A stretch of 64,000 nt of DNA from Rhynchobatus australiae (lineage: Eukaryota), in assembly GCA_034780895.1 (NCBI GenBank), contig JAUZTB010000087.1, forward strand, positions 23,882,424 to 23,946,423, in the 5' to 3' direction. Below, piece after piece: positions 26,962 to 40,472 of this stretch. Made by a program: the position numbers and the translations under genes. The notes beneath the pieces were generated by a model. It ran no database searches and was not told the DNA's origin. It was given only the letters and a program-made list of their open reading frames with translations. Position 1 is the first letter of the stretch, and each line of letters begins with the position of its first letter.

Positions 26962-29900
26962 GTAAGTGATGCATCAGAATATCAGATCTGAAGGTCTTCC
27001 ATCAGCGTTCTGAGAGGTGATAGGTGTGGCCTTTTACCCATCTGCACCAAAAAGGAAGCAAGAAAGTGCTATTTGTCTCCAGGTCTAATAATCTCTGAAA
27101 GTTTCAATAGTGGCTTTCATTTTACATCTTGGACATCAGTACTGACCCAAAGACCACTCCTTCAAAAAAGCTTTTACTAGCAGATTCAGCGGAAGGTCAG
27201 TTGGGAGTAATGCTCAGACACAGGGCTTTCCTGATGTCCATAGGTGACCATGTTCTGAACAACATTATTTCACTTGGGACCTTGAGAAAGCCATGATGAT
27301 GACAGTACCACTAATATTAATATGGGATAAGAATATTTATTAAAAAGCATTAATGCCATTATTAAGAAGCATATTAATTTGGCTTTGGAGAAAGGTAGCT
27401 TTATTTGATGAGTTCAAAACCAAGGTTCTATATACATTGTAATGTTGTAACTGATAATGCCCAGTAACACTAATGAAATAAACTCTAAAAGTGCATGGGT
27501 TTTGTCTTTGTTTTCCTTCTTTAAATTTAAGAAGACAGTAGTGCAAATAGTATCTCAAAGTGAATCTGGCATGAACTCTATGCCTTGATGTATCTGGCAA
27601 AATTACTGCTCCCAAGTGAATTTATTATATGGATTATGTCACGATGATGTCAATAAGCATCTGGTTGCCCCACTTGTCTCCAGGCAACAGTACTTTTGGC
27701 TGGTTGTTTAAATGATATTTTCACTCCAAACAGTCTTTGTGAAATTCATGCCAATTAGTTAATCAATAACATTCTTGTTTCTTCCTTAATTTAAATATAA
27801 CATTTCTGTTTATGCACAGATGGATATTTTGTTGTCGATGCTGTCATTTTCTTTTGTTATATTCAATGACAAGCTGACTCAGCTGCGTCATTAATTCATC
27901 AATGTAACACAAGCACAATAAGCAGTCTTTCATCTGAAAAACCTCAGACTTCACTTGTCTGTGTGAATTATAAAGTCCAATCTTTAAGTTATCAAAGCTG
28001 TTGTCAATATTTTATGTACTGTTTATTTTCAGTGAAGTCAATTATAGCATTGAGAGAATGGGATGAAAAAACTTTAAAAAAATGTTTAATTTTTTTTTCT
28101 CTTTTTCCTGACTCTGTTTCTTTCTTCTTGTACCAGATACAATGCCAAGAAAGGGTGAAGGTGGGCAAGCTGCTTCACAGCTTGTGTTTCCACTGCATGT
28201 TGAAGGGCTGATAGCATGTTGGATGGCAGACACACACACTATGGAAAGGGTGGCTTCAAGCCACATCGAGTGCCACTTTAAGACAGCATGGTTGGCTTCA
28301 CTAACTTATCACACTAAAAAAAATTGTAGGTGTTATATCTCTGCACCTGGAAAAATAGATCTTAACTGGATCCCCCTCATAAATTAATCACAAAAAAATT
28401 GTATAGATGCTAAATTACCACCAACTGTTGATATGTTAGGGATCTGGCTTAATCAATTCTATTTATGCATTTTGTGTATGGCACTCTTCCTCTAAGAAAT
28501 ATTCTGCACACTTCAATAACAGTCAATATCCTCAGCACATTCATAAGTAATAAAGCAGGATTTATCCTGAGAAATACTGAGCAATGGCAAAATGGGCTAA
28601 CTTGCTGCTCAAAAATAAGCTGAAAAAGTGCTTTGTCTTCACAAAGAAGTAAGTGATGTACATTAACACTGCAGAAATGTTTACTTGGATACACAGTGAT
28701 TCACACATTGCAGATACTTCAACTTATCCCTTCACCTCTTCTTCTGTTAACACTGTACATCATTCCCTTTGGGGGTTATGCATGGCAAGACATTTCTGAA
28801 TCTATACCTGTTGATATTTGTCATTTACCCGTGCTCTTAATTTGATGCAATCTGCGAATTTGAACACACTCAACAGAATCCCCCCAAACAATCGAAAAAT
28901 TCCAGTCAACTGTGGTTCAAACAAACCTCTGGCTTTCCACTGTCAACACTACTGATTAACTGGCCATGTGCTACTCTGCTACTTCTTCTTGTTACCAGCC
29001 AGTCATCTGTCAACCCACTTTAATACAATTCTGTCTTTCCCATGTTCTTTTGATTTTCTCCTGTTCCTTGCTGGGTAATGAGCTCACCAGGGTACTAGGC
29101 CAGGGAAGACTTGGTTGTTTCATATTGAATTAGTTAATTTCTCAGTTCCTGAGATTTGGAGAGGAAAACCAGACAATATCCATTCAAATGACAGATGATA
29201 GATACGGACAGTAGTGATATCTGTGGCACTTCAGAAATGAATTATTGGGTGAGACTCAGTATGTATTCCCACAAATTTAGAATGACCATTGGATCATTTA
29301 CCCAGAGGATCACTGCTAACCATGGGATCATCCACCATCAAACACGATTACCTTTTACTGAATGGGAAAGAAAATTCAGTTCTTTTGGAAAAAGTGATCT
29401 TACTGCCACCAGAGACAAAAAAGCTTCATTCAATTAACCCGCAGGAAGTTGGAACCCAGCTCCCAGAGGTGAAAGAAACAATTCACCACATCATCCAGGT
29501 TCCTCAAAGCAAAGTTCTTTTATCCCATTCTCTTCCAAGCTATAAAGAAGTAAAGTAACACACAGCATGGGTACATGCAGCAATAAGATGTAGTCTATCA
29601 TTGTTAAGCTCATAGGTAAAGGCTGTAAAGCCTAGCAGCTGATAGATCCTTTTCTCCCCGATCCCAGGCAAGGTCAGTCTGTCTATCCAATTACATCATG
29701 TGGATTTAGACAACCTTACTCCTCAGCGCTTCCAGCCAGTACTTCCATATCCAGGTAGGTATGAGCTGTGTGAGACTAGTCAGCGGCAAAGCTAGTCTCA
29801 TAGCTTGCAGCTTCTGCCAAGAAGTGTCCAGTAGGCACCGCAGCAACAGTTGAACATGTGATTCTCGGGATATCACAAGCAATGTGCCAAAGCTGGCCCT

Positions 29901-32289
29901 CAGTTCCAATCAGCACTCATCTGTTCAGCTTAAGATAGCTGAGCTCTGATGAGTACTGAGCCCTAGCTTTGCTTTAAATGTGCCCTTACTGTCTGGTAGC
30001 AGGATTGTTGTCCAGTATTGTGACATCAGAGCCCTCTGTCTTTTGTTACATTCACAACAGGCTTCAAACTTATTGAGCACTTTATCAGTGTTCTAAACTA
30101 AATGTTACTTTATAGGTTGACAACTATTGGAAGTAATGTAGCACATCAGCCTTCCATGCACCTGAATAATGTGCAGCTGATAACACTGAGCCTGTTGTGT
30201 GTATTGATAAGGACCGCAATATTGGAGAACAACCCTATTAATGTGATTCTGTAATTATCTGTTTACAAAATGAGATGCCATGCACAGTAAAACCTGGTGT
30301 TAAATTTCTTTAATTTTCTGTCCACTAATCTCTCCTGCTCCACATGTTCATCAGCCAAGCAGGAGTCAGTGGAATGGGGTTGAGAATAGTTTGACTTGTT
30401 ACCAGATCAATGTTAGTGCAGCTGTTAATAGCAGGGAACAGGTATGTAATAATGACTTCCTGACAGCAATCCCCTGCTTTTATTTTACCTCTGGAGCCGT
30501 AGAGATGAAATCAGTATCATCGAGTAGGATTATACTTGTTCATCAAGTGTGTGGATAGTCCATTGCTTTAAAACACAGCTGCCTCTCCAACAAAATCCTC
30601 TCAGCTAATAGAAGCAAATGTTGGGGAAGTGATGCTGCAATGTTGCAGCCATAATCTCCAACCTGTCTCCCTTTAAGCATGTGGGGGCTCCTGGACTTCA
30701 ATGTAAAAGGCCTCCATTACTTAGAAGGTCAACTAGCACCCGAGGACAGAGAGAGAAACAAAATCAATGTTTCAAGATGATATCTACCATTGCCTCGTAA
30801 AGAGAGGATAATCCATGGGTTAATCTTTATAGTCTGCCAAAGAGTCTCAGCTGATTTGATGTAAATCACTACCATCACATCATTTCTGGATTACTGTGCA
30901 CTTCATTCTTCCTAAACAAAAGATTTCCAGGAATTCTTTTCCACATGGCTTTGAACTGAACATCCTATTTCAAGGAGATACTGTTTTCAGCGTCTGCTCT
31001 GCACAGTGCCATCAAGTTTAAGCTAGTTACGGTAGTGAACTAAAATTTGTCACAGTGTTCCATTCTGAGGGATAATGGGGGAGGGGCTGTGATGTGGGGG
31101 GTAATCAGAAAAGAGGCCAATGGTCAAATNNNNNNNNNNNNNNNNNNNNNNNNNNNNNNNNNNNNNNNNNNNNNNNNNNNNNNNNNNNNNNNNNNNNNNN
31201 NNNNNNNNNNNNNNNNNNNNNNNNNNNNNNNNNNNNNNNNNNNNNNNNNNNNNNNNNNNNNNNNNNNNNNNNNNNNNNNNNNNNNNNNNNNNNNNNNNNN
31301 NNNNNNNNNNNNNNNNNNNNNNNNNNNNNNNNNNNNNNNNNNNNNNNNNNNNNNNNNNNNNNNNNNNNNNNNNNNNNNNNNNNNNNNNNNNNNNNNNNNN
31401 NNNNNNNNNNNNNNNNNNNNNNNNNNNNNNNNNNNNNNNNNNNNNNNNNNNNNNNNNNNNNNNNNNNNNNNNNNNNNNNNNNNNNNNNNNNNNNNNNNNN
31501 NNNNNNNNNNNNNNNNNNNNNNNNNNNNNNNNNNNNNNNNNNNNNNNNNNNNNNNNNNNNNNNNNNNNNTACTGAGTCACTGTGTAATATGATGTGTGTA
31601 TGGCATTGATGCGTGTCATACATTGGCTTTTATTTCAGAAGTCTAGTTCTATTAGAAATTTAACTTTGTCCAACCTGCCAGTTTAAAAGCAAGAGAAAGA
31701 GTTCATTTTACACAATCCTTTTCATTGCGTCATGTTGTCCCACAGCATTTACCTGCCAATTATGTATTTTTTTAAAACTACAGTCATTATTGTAATATGT
31801 GAAATTTGGCAGCCAATTTGTTCACAGCAAGTTTCACAAATGGCAATGTGTTAATGACCATGTAATGTGTTGCTGTAACTCTGCTTGGGAGATAAGAATT
31901 GGCTAGGACACCAGGAATAACTTCCTAATATCCTTTGAAATAACTTGATGGGATTTTGTTGAGACTGTGATTTTTTGAATTACTATGTTCATTCATTCCA
32001 GTTAGACTAAACTCCTCATCATGACAGATGGAAACCACATTTTGTGTGACGTGCAAGATAACTGTTTTTGAATAAGATGTTTTTAGACATGAATTGTTGT
32101 GAAGCTTTGCTCTTATTACACAATATTGCAGAATCGGTGATATCAGATAATCAGTATCACCAGTGATACCAGCCTATCACATAACCAGTGTCCCACACAC
32201 TACATTCGGAGCTGGGAGATATCTTGCTGACCCAAACAATAACACCTGTTTCGTAAAACTGCCTAAGGCAAATATTTTCATTAAAGCCG

Positions 32290-33075
32290 TATCAGATATA
32301 AATGAAGCAGGATCACACCAATGTCTTCCCAAAGTTTCACAATTTCTACAAGTCACCATTTTCATTTATATTAAACTGTACACAGCAGAGCAACTTCCCA
32401 AGGCACCAAGACAAGCATTAAATAGCCATAACTGAACTGAGCCACATGAAGAGCAGACCAGATCATACTTGAGCAACAAACAATCTGCTGGAGGAACTCA
32501 GAGGGTTGAGCAGCATCTGTTTGAGGAAAGGAATTCCTTTCCTCCCACAGATGCTGTTCAACCCGCTGAGTTCCTCCAGCAGATTGTTTGTTGCTCCATG
32601 TTTGAGCATCTGCAGTCTCTCATGTCTCCGGATCATACTTGATCCAGACTGCTACTGAGTACTAAGTCCAGCAGTGGAGCAGGGCAGGTCAGGACATCAG
32701 GGCAGAGATGACCTGACCTGCAAAGAGGATACTGCTAACAGTGCTACAGAATCTCCGGGCTGGAGATAAATATGCTTTGGCCCATTACTGTATATGACCA
32801 AATCTTGGTCAAAGAGGCAGGTTTTAAAACTATTTTAAAGGAGGAAAGAGCAGTAAAGATGCAGAGGGATTTAAGGAGGAAACTAGAGAGCAGAACCCTG
32901 ATGGATGAAGGCATCACCAGACCAGAACAGTTCAATTCAGGGACTAGCAAAAGGGCAGCACTGAAGGAGCACAGGTACTCCTGGGGTGGAACAAATTAGT
33001 GATAGGGAGGGGCTGGACTGTGGAAATATTTGAAAGTAAGAGTGAGAATTTTAAGATGGAAGCATTGTTTAACTA
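32290..33075 (-). mobile_element. L2-like LINE 3' fragment interrupted by a palindromic insertion
   Basis: similar to 54450-54900 (ccaag.cac, gttttaa...aaggaggaaagagc, gggatttaaggag). Confidence 0.5.
32471..32630. repeat. Palindromic short retroelement-like insertion with 12-bp target-site duplication
   Basis: inverted repeat 32471-32596 centred on GAATTC (32531-32536); gatcatacttga at 32461-32472 and 32631-32642. Confidence 0.85.
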
Positions 33076-33578
33076 GCATACTAATTTATTCTCCCAAATT
33101 TTCTTATTTTTCTCTGCTCCTCACATAACGTTATTGATACATTCTGGGCAATGGCCCCGTGACCTCAACACTCTTCTAACACTCTTCATGTTGGAAGCTT
33201 ATTCAACAATGGGTGGTAGGAAGCAGTGTCAAGACCCTATGCCCAATCAAGGCCCAATCAGCAAAATGTTTCACCTTTCAGTAGAAATCATCCAATAGCA
33301 ATTGGAGGCTGGGCTATTAACTCTTCCCACCTTTGTGACACATAACTGTTGTAATCAGTAGCTCTGCACTGAGATATAGCCTAGCATTGACTCGCTGAGC
33401 CATATTGCTTTTGAAGTGGTAATGCACTTTAGCCTTATTGGATTGACAAAGTTTGGGAACTGTAGTTCACTGGCCATATGCCAATTCTATCCACATACAG
33501 ACATTTCTAACATGCGAAGATAGTCACCGTGGAAGACGTAATGCCAAAATAACTGCTGTGTATTTTGCTTGTTTTCAG

Positions 33579-33701
33579 GTTTCCCCATCCTTTGGTGTTG
33601 GGCCCACCAGGCATGCACTCTACAGGAATCCCCCATCCTGCTATTGTGAGCACTTCCGGCAAACCAGACATGAATCAGTATGACAATGGCCTCAGATGTG
33701 T
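33579..33701 (+). CDS. TCF7: TCF7 internal coding exon (IPHPAIV motif)
   Basis: gttttcag|G...TGTGT|gtaagt; 123 nt, phase 2 to 2; (W)FPHPLVLGPPGMHSTGIPHPAIVSTSGKPDMNQYDNGLRC(V). Confidence 0.93.
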
Positions 33702-36700
33702 GTAAGTAGCTGAAAAATACAGTACTTTTTGTACATTGAGTAGAGAGTTGCCAAAAGAACAATCTCTTTTAGCTGGTCTGGGTGCTCCTAACATTTATCT
33801 TGCACTGGCATTACCAACCATAAGGTATGAAAATTATCCAGCATCTGAATCATTAGAACTCTATTTACAGCTCTAACTTTCAACAAGAAAAGGAATAAGA
33901 GGGACACCTTTTGCTAAAACACATGATGTATAATTCTCTGGGTTCCATAGTATTGAAAAAGGAAAGTAATTAGGCAAATGACCCATAAAGGCATCCACCA
34001 TCACTAAGAAGTCTTTTCACTTGTTTGTGTATGTGATGCACTTGTGCCCAAGCACAAGGCTATGTCACTTGCAGTGGGTATTAATGTAACCTAAATAAGT
34101 AAGAAGCGGCATCTTGTTCCTCTCTTTAAGCTGTGAATTCAAGAACTGTCATGCACTTATCATCACAACATTGTGCCTTTGAGATTTATAGATCCAGAAA
34201 AGTAGTGAGTTATGGGATTCAGGCTGAGAAATTTAAGTACATGACCCTGCTTTTATCAGTGTTATGTAATTGGAAATCATTTTCCTCTGTAGTAACCATT
34301 TCCTGGTCATTTTGCCTCACTCCAGAAATATAACCAAGCACAACTGCTATTAAGTCCTGCTTGATGTGATGTCTGCATCATGGGTGTCTGGAGTGACATC
34401 ATTCCCAAACAGTACACCTTTTGGAGTAATGAAGAGATCTTTTACTGAGGTATTCCCAGAATAAACATTGTTGATCGCTCCTAGAACATCTATCAGTGCA
34501 TTGCTGCGTCTCCTCCCTGCACACCAGCACCATCCAAACTGTTAGACGTTCAGTCCATTCTCCCCATGGCTGCAGCACAAGCTGCCCATCCAGAATCCAG
34601 CATCCAAGCAGAGTACTGGGCAGCACATGAAGTCATTAGGGTACACTAGGCACAGATGTTTCCAATTTATTTCTCAATTGTAGATGACAATTCAAACTAA
34701 GATCTGGTTCAGCAGGTGATGGCAACTCTCTGGCGCCTCAGCCAACCAACCAGAATTCACACGAGTCTAGTCAATAGCATCGGCAAAGTATTTGACTTGG
34801 AGGCCTAGCATTTAGTCATCTGATGACCACACACAGAAACTTCAGCTGGGGCACTGGATTGTGATGAAAGGAGGGAACCACAACTGTTTTTTCCCTTCCT
34901 GGCTTGGTGCCTTTGAGACCAGTTATAGCGCCTCTCATTGCCAGCTGGGCTGAAATCAGCTAACTCAGCATAGTCCAGGGATCTTCTGCCCTGTGAAGCT
35001 CTGTAATGTGGTAATTCCATTCAGTAATACATCAAGGGAACACCACAGACTGAATTTCTATGGGTTACACATACATTTTTAGAGAGAAGCAAAGCAAGCA
35101 TTTAAATTATACACAGACGGAAATCATATATTTAAATTATGCACATACAAAAGCAAGCCTGACTCACAATGCTGATGTACTTTATGAAGAGAGACTGAAG
35201 ATAAGGATAATTTTGGCTTTAGTTCTGCAGGAAAGTGTGAAGCTGGAAGTAATTATTCTCTTGGCTAGATGGAATGCTAAGCAACTGTTACTTATAAATT
35301 ACATAATTGAAGAGTTATGTTATATTTGGCACTGTATGAATCAGTTTGGGATAGAAATTACTAACAGATGCAAAATATTAAACAGACAATATTCTTTTAT
35401 GACTAGAATTAAGCTACAACAGTTAACCTTCATCATTTTTAAATACCATGTATTAATGAACAGTTGACAAAAGAAAATAGAAACGATCTGGTTTTTGAAG
35501 NNNNNNNNNNNNNNNTTTCCACCTTTTATTAGGGCATTTCTGCTGCAGTATTGTATAATTTGATTAGTACCTACAGCAAAGAATTTGCATTTTGACTAAT
35601 TTAAACACCAGCTTGGTCCAGAAAAAAGCTTGTTCCATAGACTTCCTTCAAAGTGAGCCAAATTTACCATTGCTGTATTTGAGCCATAAAGGTCATGTGC
35701 CAACAGTGGCTTAAACTTTTGTTGTGCTGCTTTACAATTTTAAAATAAAGTATTAAAGTAAAGCAATAAATGATATCATCTATGCAATTTCTTTGGTACA
35801 GTTGAGGCTCTCTGTCAAGATTTCAATGAACACTTCCTACAGAAAGGGGATTTGATAAATGTACTGGGTCTTTGGACTAAAACCTGTTTCTTTTTATGTG
35901 CTGTGAGGCTGATAAATGATAACAATTACTCTTAACTCCTGTATAATTATATGAAATGCTTACTGTGCATGCCCGTTTTCTCTGAAGAGTGATATCACAT
36001 TGTCAGACTTGCTTTTCAGCTCAATGTAATTTGTTTGCAAGATAATACGTATCAGCATAGCTCAGCAGATTTTGCTGTTAATATGCCTTCTATTTATGAA
36101 TGCCTGGACACAGCATATTGATGAAAATCATTTCCTCCCAGAAAATCTTCCTGGGAGAATCATGCACCTAGGAACATACTCACACAACTTTTTTCCAGTT
36201 AACTGATAGTCCAGGGATAGGCTCCCTCACAGCCTTGTGATCTTAATTAAAATCACAGAAGAAAATCATAGAAAACTTTAAGAAGTTGTTCTTGCATCCC
36301 ATCTCGTCCATCCATTTTCTGTGTTTCTCTCAGACCCTCTCACTGGCCACAAGCAAAACAGTCCCTTTAAGACAATGAAAATACAAAGACATTGAAACAA
36401 TAAAGACAGAACCTCAGTGAGTTTCTGTGGTTTTAGCCCATAAAAGCCAGGATACCCTGTTTTAGAATGCATTTTTTACAGAATCCTACAATGTGTGCGG
36501 ATTAAAAACATTTCTGTGGGTTTTCCAGTGCAATATGTGAGGGTTGGGATTCCAACTATGACTTCACAGACTATACTTAAAATGAACAAATGATAGTGAA
36601 AGACATCTCCAATACATTAAACAGCATGTAAAGAGCCAATAATTAATCTATTTAAAAGGACAAGGGAGTGCATTTTGCAGAGAATAATTTAACAACAGAT

Positions 36701-37539
36701 GAGCTAAATTTGTCAGATTTTGCTCCATTATTTTTGACTATGTATAATTTGATTAGTATGTGCAGCAAAGCATTTGTATTTTGGCTAATTTAGAGATTAA
36801 GTTTTGTCTTTAGCAGTTCTTGTCTCCAAATTGATGTTTCCTGATGAAGGATAGCTTATAATTTAGTTCAGGTTTTACCAAAACGGCAGGACGTTGGAGG
36901 GGAGGGGAACAGATTGCAACTACCCTCATCCAGCTGAAGCCAATCAGAAGTAAAATCAAGGAATTTACCACTCTAATCCTGCCCCATCACAATCTAAACA
37001 CGAGGCAGTTGAGGATTCTGTTTGAGTCAGCTGTAGGATCAGCATCCTGTCCTATCACCAGGACAGCAGGCAATTTTTTGACCAGGGAAAACACTAGGCT
37101 CCCTTCCTCTGCTGTCCCCCAGCTAACTCCCCCCCCCCCAAAATAAAACATGCCAAATCACTGGCTTATCTGCAGGGGTCAATTTTCTAGTGCTGGGTGA
37201 AAGCCCATTTCAGATGGACAGCTAAACAGTGGGACGTGACCTAGCTCTTGAAATTGGCAGGGACTCCCACAGACTCCTGGGGGAAATTCAAAGGTTTCTC
37301 TCAGCTTTTGGTCCTCAAGTTGAAAGTTCTTGTTTACATGCCATGAGAAGTTTTCTGAATTAATTGCTTTCATTATAGTTAAAAGGCACACACCTAGAAA
37401 TTTACCCCTCCATTCAGTGGTACAATAATAGCCTCAGCACATTGTTCAGTACCTACAAAATTCATTCCATTAGAGTCAACAGTACAGATTTTGAAGGCAG
37501 ATTAGAACACGTTAATTTGTCTATGGAGAGCATTTAGCA

Positions 37540-38660
37540 TCGGTGTCCCTCAGGAACAAAGATGACTTCCTTCCACTTCAGGTTTTGGGTTCTGAGGTAA
37601 CTGATGAGGCCAATCTGACAACTGCAAACTCTGATGGAACAGGAGGTACTCGTGGGGTGGGTGGGTAGGTAGATAGTCAGGTGGTGTTCTTCTGCTGTTT
37701 ATGTGGGGCCTTGTGCACTCCCAGTGCATGTACTCAAGGTTCTCACTGCTTGGTTTCCCAAGAGTCAGTGGAGATGTTGATTTTTTTCAAGGAGGCTTTG
37801 AGCTCATCCTTGAATCTTTTTCTTTGTCTCCCAGCTGATGTCTTCCCAAGATAGACCATGGAATAAAGTGTCTGCTTTGGGAGTCTGATGTTAGGCACGC
37901 AACTGATGTGGCCTCCCTAATGGAGCCAACTCTGTGTAACTGCTGCCTCAATGCTGGGGATGTCAGCTTGGGAGAGCGCACTGATGTTGTTTCACTTCTC
38001 CAACTTTGAATTTTGCCACGACAGGATTGGTGATTCCAAGTGCCTATTATAGGTAGTCCAGGTCTCAGAAGCAGAAAGGAGGCTGGGGATCACGATGTCA
38101 GGTAGACCAGGTCTGAGGGCTTGGTCTTCAAATTACCATTTTCCTCAGCTGACCAAAGGCTGTGCTGGCACATTTAAGGTGATGATGAATTTCATTATCA
38201 ATGTCTGCCTTCACTGGGACGTGGCTCCTGAGATATGAACAGTGGATTATCATTTCCAGGGTTTTGCCGTGAACCTTTATTGTTGGAGCACAATCTTGTG
38301 CAGCAAGGCAAGACTGGTAGAGGACCTTTGTCTTGCAGATATGTAGCCAAAAGCTCTGTATCAGAGCCAATCTCAGTGAAAACCAATGTCAGACAAGAGT
38401 GAGTCATTGCCCTGACACTTTTCTCAATATTTCTCACCGCAATGTTGCACTTCCCCTCTGATAAACTTTCCGCAGGAGTGAAACTAATCTTCAGAACAAA
38501 TGGAAGGTTGTTCAGTGTACAGCATTTCCACTGCAGAATCAAGGTCACTTGAACCTCAGTAGTGAAGCTGCATTATGCAGACAATGCTTGCCTTCAGGGC
38601 ATGCTTGGAGGCTGAGCACTAAGCAGTCAATGTCTTGCTTATTGAAGCAGATGAGAGGAT
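37540..38660 (-). mobile_element. RTE-clade LINE fragment (decayed reverse transcriptase C-terminal region and 3' end)
   Basis: minus-strand ORF 38128..38370 has YLRS...ADIDNEIHHHLKCASTAFGQLRK, typical of the RTE/BovB region after the RT core; lqYADn-like motif on the opposite strand near 38570 suggests an inverted segment. Confidence 0.7.
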
Positions 38661-38777
38661 GATCTGTTTATGTAGTTTAACACCTACTGACAGATCTAGA
38701 AGAATTCAGTATTAATGCCTTCACCATCTCTCCTGGGCAAACATTTTTGAGAGTCAAGCATTTCCTGTTGCATTTGT

Positions 38778-39052
38778 AGATTCTCAGTGATCCATTAGGG
38801 CAGCGTGGTAGTGTAGCGGTTCAATTCCCGCCGCTGTCTGTAAGGAGTTTGTATGTTCTCCCTGTGTCTGTGTGGCTTTCCTCCCACATCCCAAAGACAT
38901 ACAGGTTAGGAGCTGTGGACATGCTATGCTGGTGCCGGAAGAGTGGCGACACTTGTGGGCTGCCCCCAGCACATTCTCAGTAATACAAAAGACGCATTTC
39001 ACTGTGTGTTTCAATGCACATGTGACTAATAAATAAATATCTATCTATCTTA
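38778..39052 (+). mobile_element. V-SINE/HE1-like SINE
   Basis: tRNA-like head (gggcagcgtggtagtgtagcggttcaattccc), V-core and the same tail as 2107-2322. Confidence 0.75.
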
Positions 39053-39271
39053 TGTTCTTGATCTCAAGTTTACTCAGAATGAGTTTAACAGATTGGTCAA
39101 AGTGAAAATGGGCAATGTCGTTGCTTTGATAAAATATCCACAACCCTCGGATTTAGCTAGTCCGCCAACCTTATTTCATCTTAGATGTTCAAAGCAGAAT
39201 TGAAAGTGAGAATGAAAAGACAATACATTGTTTCATTACATTGCCAAACAGTTCTAACATTTAGTTACTTC

Positions 39272-39565
39272 AGTGGTGCTGCTAGTAGAGCCACAGCCTC
39301 ACATCTCCAGTAACCAGGGTTCAGTCCTGACCTTCTGTGCTGTCTGGAGTTTGTATGTTTTCCTTGTAAATGCATGGCCTTCTCCAGTTTCCTCCCCCAT
39401 CCCAAAGACATGCAGATTGGTAAGTTAATTGGCCACTATAAGTTGTCCCTAATATGTAGGTGAGTGGTAGAATCTGGGAGGTGTTAAGGTGTAGCTGGAG
39501 AGAATAAAATGGGATTCGTGTAGATGGTCAGCACAGACCTGTTTCTGTACTGTATAACTGTATGA
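39272..39565 (+). mobile_element. V-SINE/HE1-like SINE with CR1-like tail
   Basis: head with B-box-like gggttcagtcc, V-core, tail cctgtttctgtactgtataactgtatga; reverse complement resembles 14621-14900. Confidence 0.7.
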
Positions 39566-39604
39566 CAATTTATGCTTAATCACTGTACTATTTTTGTCCT
39601 TTAG

Positions 39605-39767
39605 GAAACCTAATCCTGAACCAAAAAGGGAAAAAGAGAGTAAAAAGCCAACAATCAAAAAGCCCCTCAATGCATTTATGCTCTACATGAAAGAAATGAG
39701 GGCAAAGGTCGTAGCCGAGTGCACTCTGAAAGAGAGTGCAGCCATCAATCAAATTTTGGGTAGAAGA
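39605..39767 (+). CDS. TCF7: TCF7 exon, N-terminal half of HMG box
   Basis: tcctttag|G...AGAAGA|gtaagt; 163 nt, phase 2 to 0; [54 protein letters not shown]; KKPTIKKP is the TCF7-type variant (other paralogues have PHIKKP/PHVKKP). Confidence 0.97.
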
Positions 39768-40364
39768 GTAAGTAAAAATATATATCTCACCAACAGACTT
39801 ATTTAAATGATGATCTGTTCCTTACTATTGTCCACCTGAGGGAAATAACTCTTATATAAGCACATCTCAAAAGTGCCTCGGGAACCTCAAGCAGAAGACA
39901 TTCTTCTTGTAAGGTGAATATATGGGTAGATTCTTTTACTGCCCTATACAATCAGGAACCTAAAGCCAAGTTGTTTCCTCATTTTTCTTCCTCAAGTCAA
40001 AAGGACACCAGCTTAAGTTTATCTGGTCTGCAGCTTGTTTGGACATGCACCATCATTACTCCCTTCCGTCATGCTTATCCAGGAGATCAAAGTTAAGTCC
40101 TGGTCTGGAGGGCTTGGTCTCACATGGAGCATTTCTGTTTAGAGCTATTGAAGAGCCTCTGGCAGTGGCACCTGGAAAAATCAGGGCTGTAAGAAGTGGG
40201 ATGAAATTCTATTGCGGTCACACACAGTACAAGCTTTTCCATGCAGGTTGTCTGAGATGTCATGCAGATACCTTAATGTCATCATTGTAAATACACTTTA
40301 CAGAGGATGCTAACTCTTTAGTGCAATTGTAACAGGTCCCATTGTTGTATTTTTATTGACACAG

Positions 40365-40472
40365 TGGCATGCTCTCTCCCGTGAAGAACAGGCAAAGTAC
40401 TATGAACTGGCAAGGAAAGAGCGACAACTACACATGCAACTTTACCCAGGCTGGTCTGCCAGGGATAACTAC
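40365..40472 (+). CDS. TCF7: TCF7 exon, C-terminal half of HMG box
   Basis: ttgacacag|TGG...AACTAC|gtaagt; 108 nt, phase 0 to 0; [36 protein letters not shown]. Confidence 0.97.

Noticed and set aside
28100-28166. Strong pyrimidine tract and AG at 28135-28136 as the missing LEF1 exon 6 equivalent
   Set aside because: Splicing from 26961 creates TG+A (stop) at once, and no QGQPVYP-like peptide appears in any frame.
31047-31623. Long ORFs in the track here and at 45811-46551 and 58597-59038
   Set aside because: They are made almost entirely of N runs.
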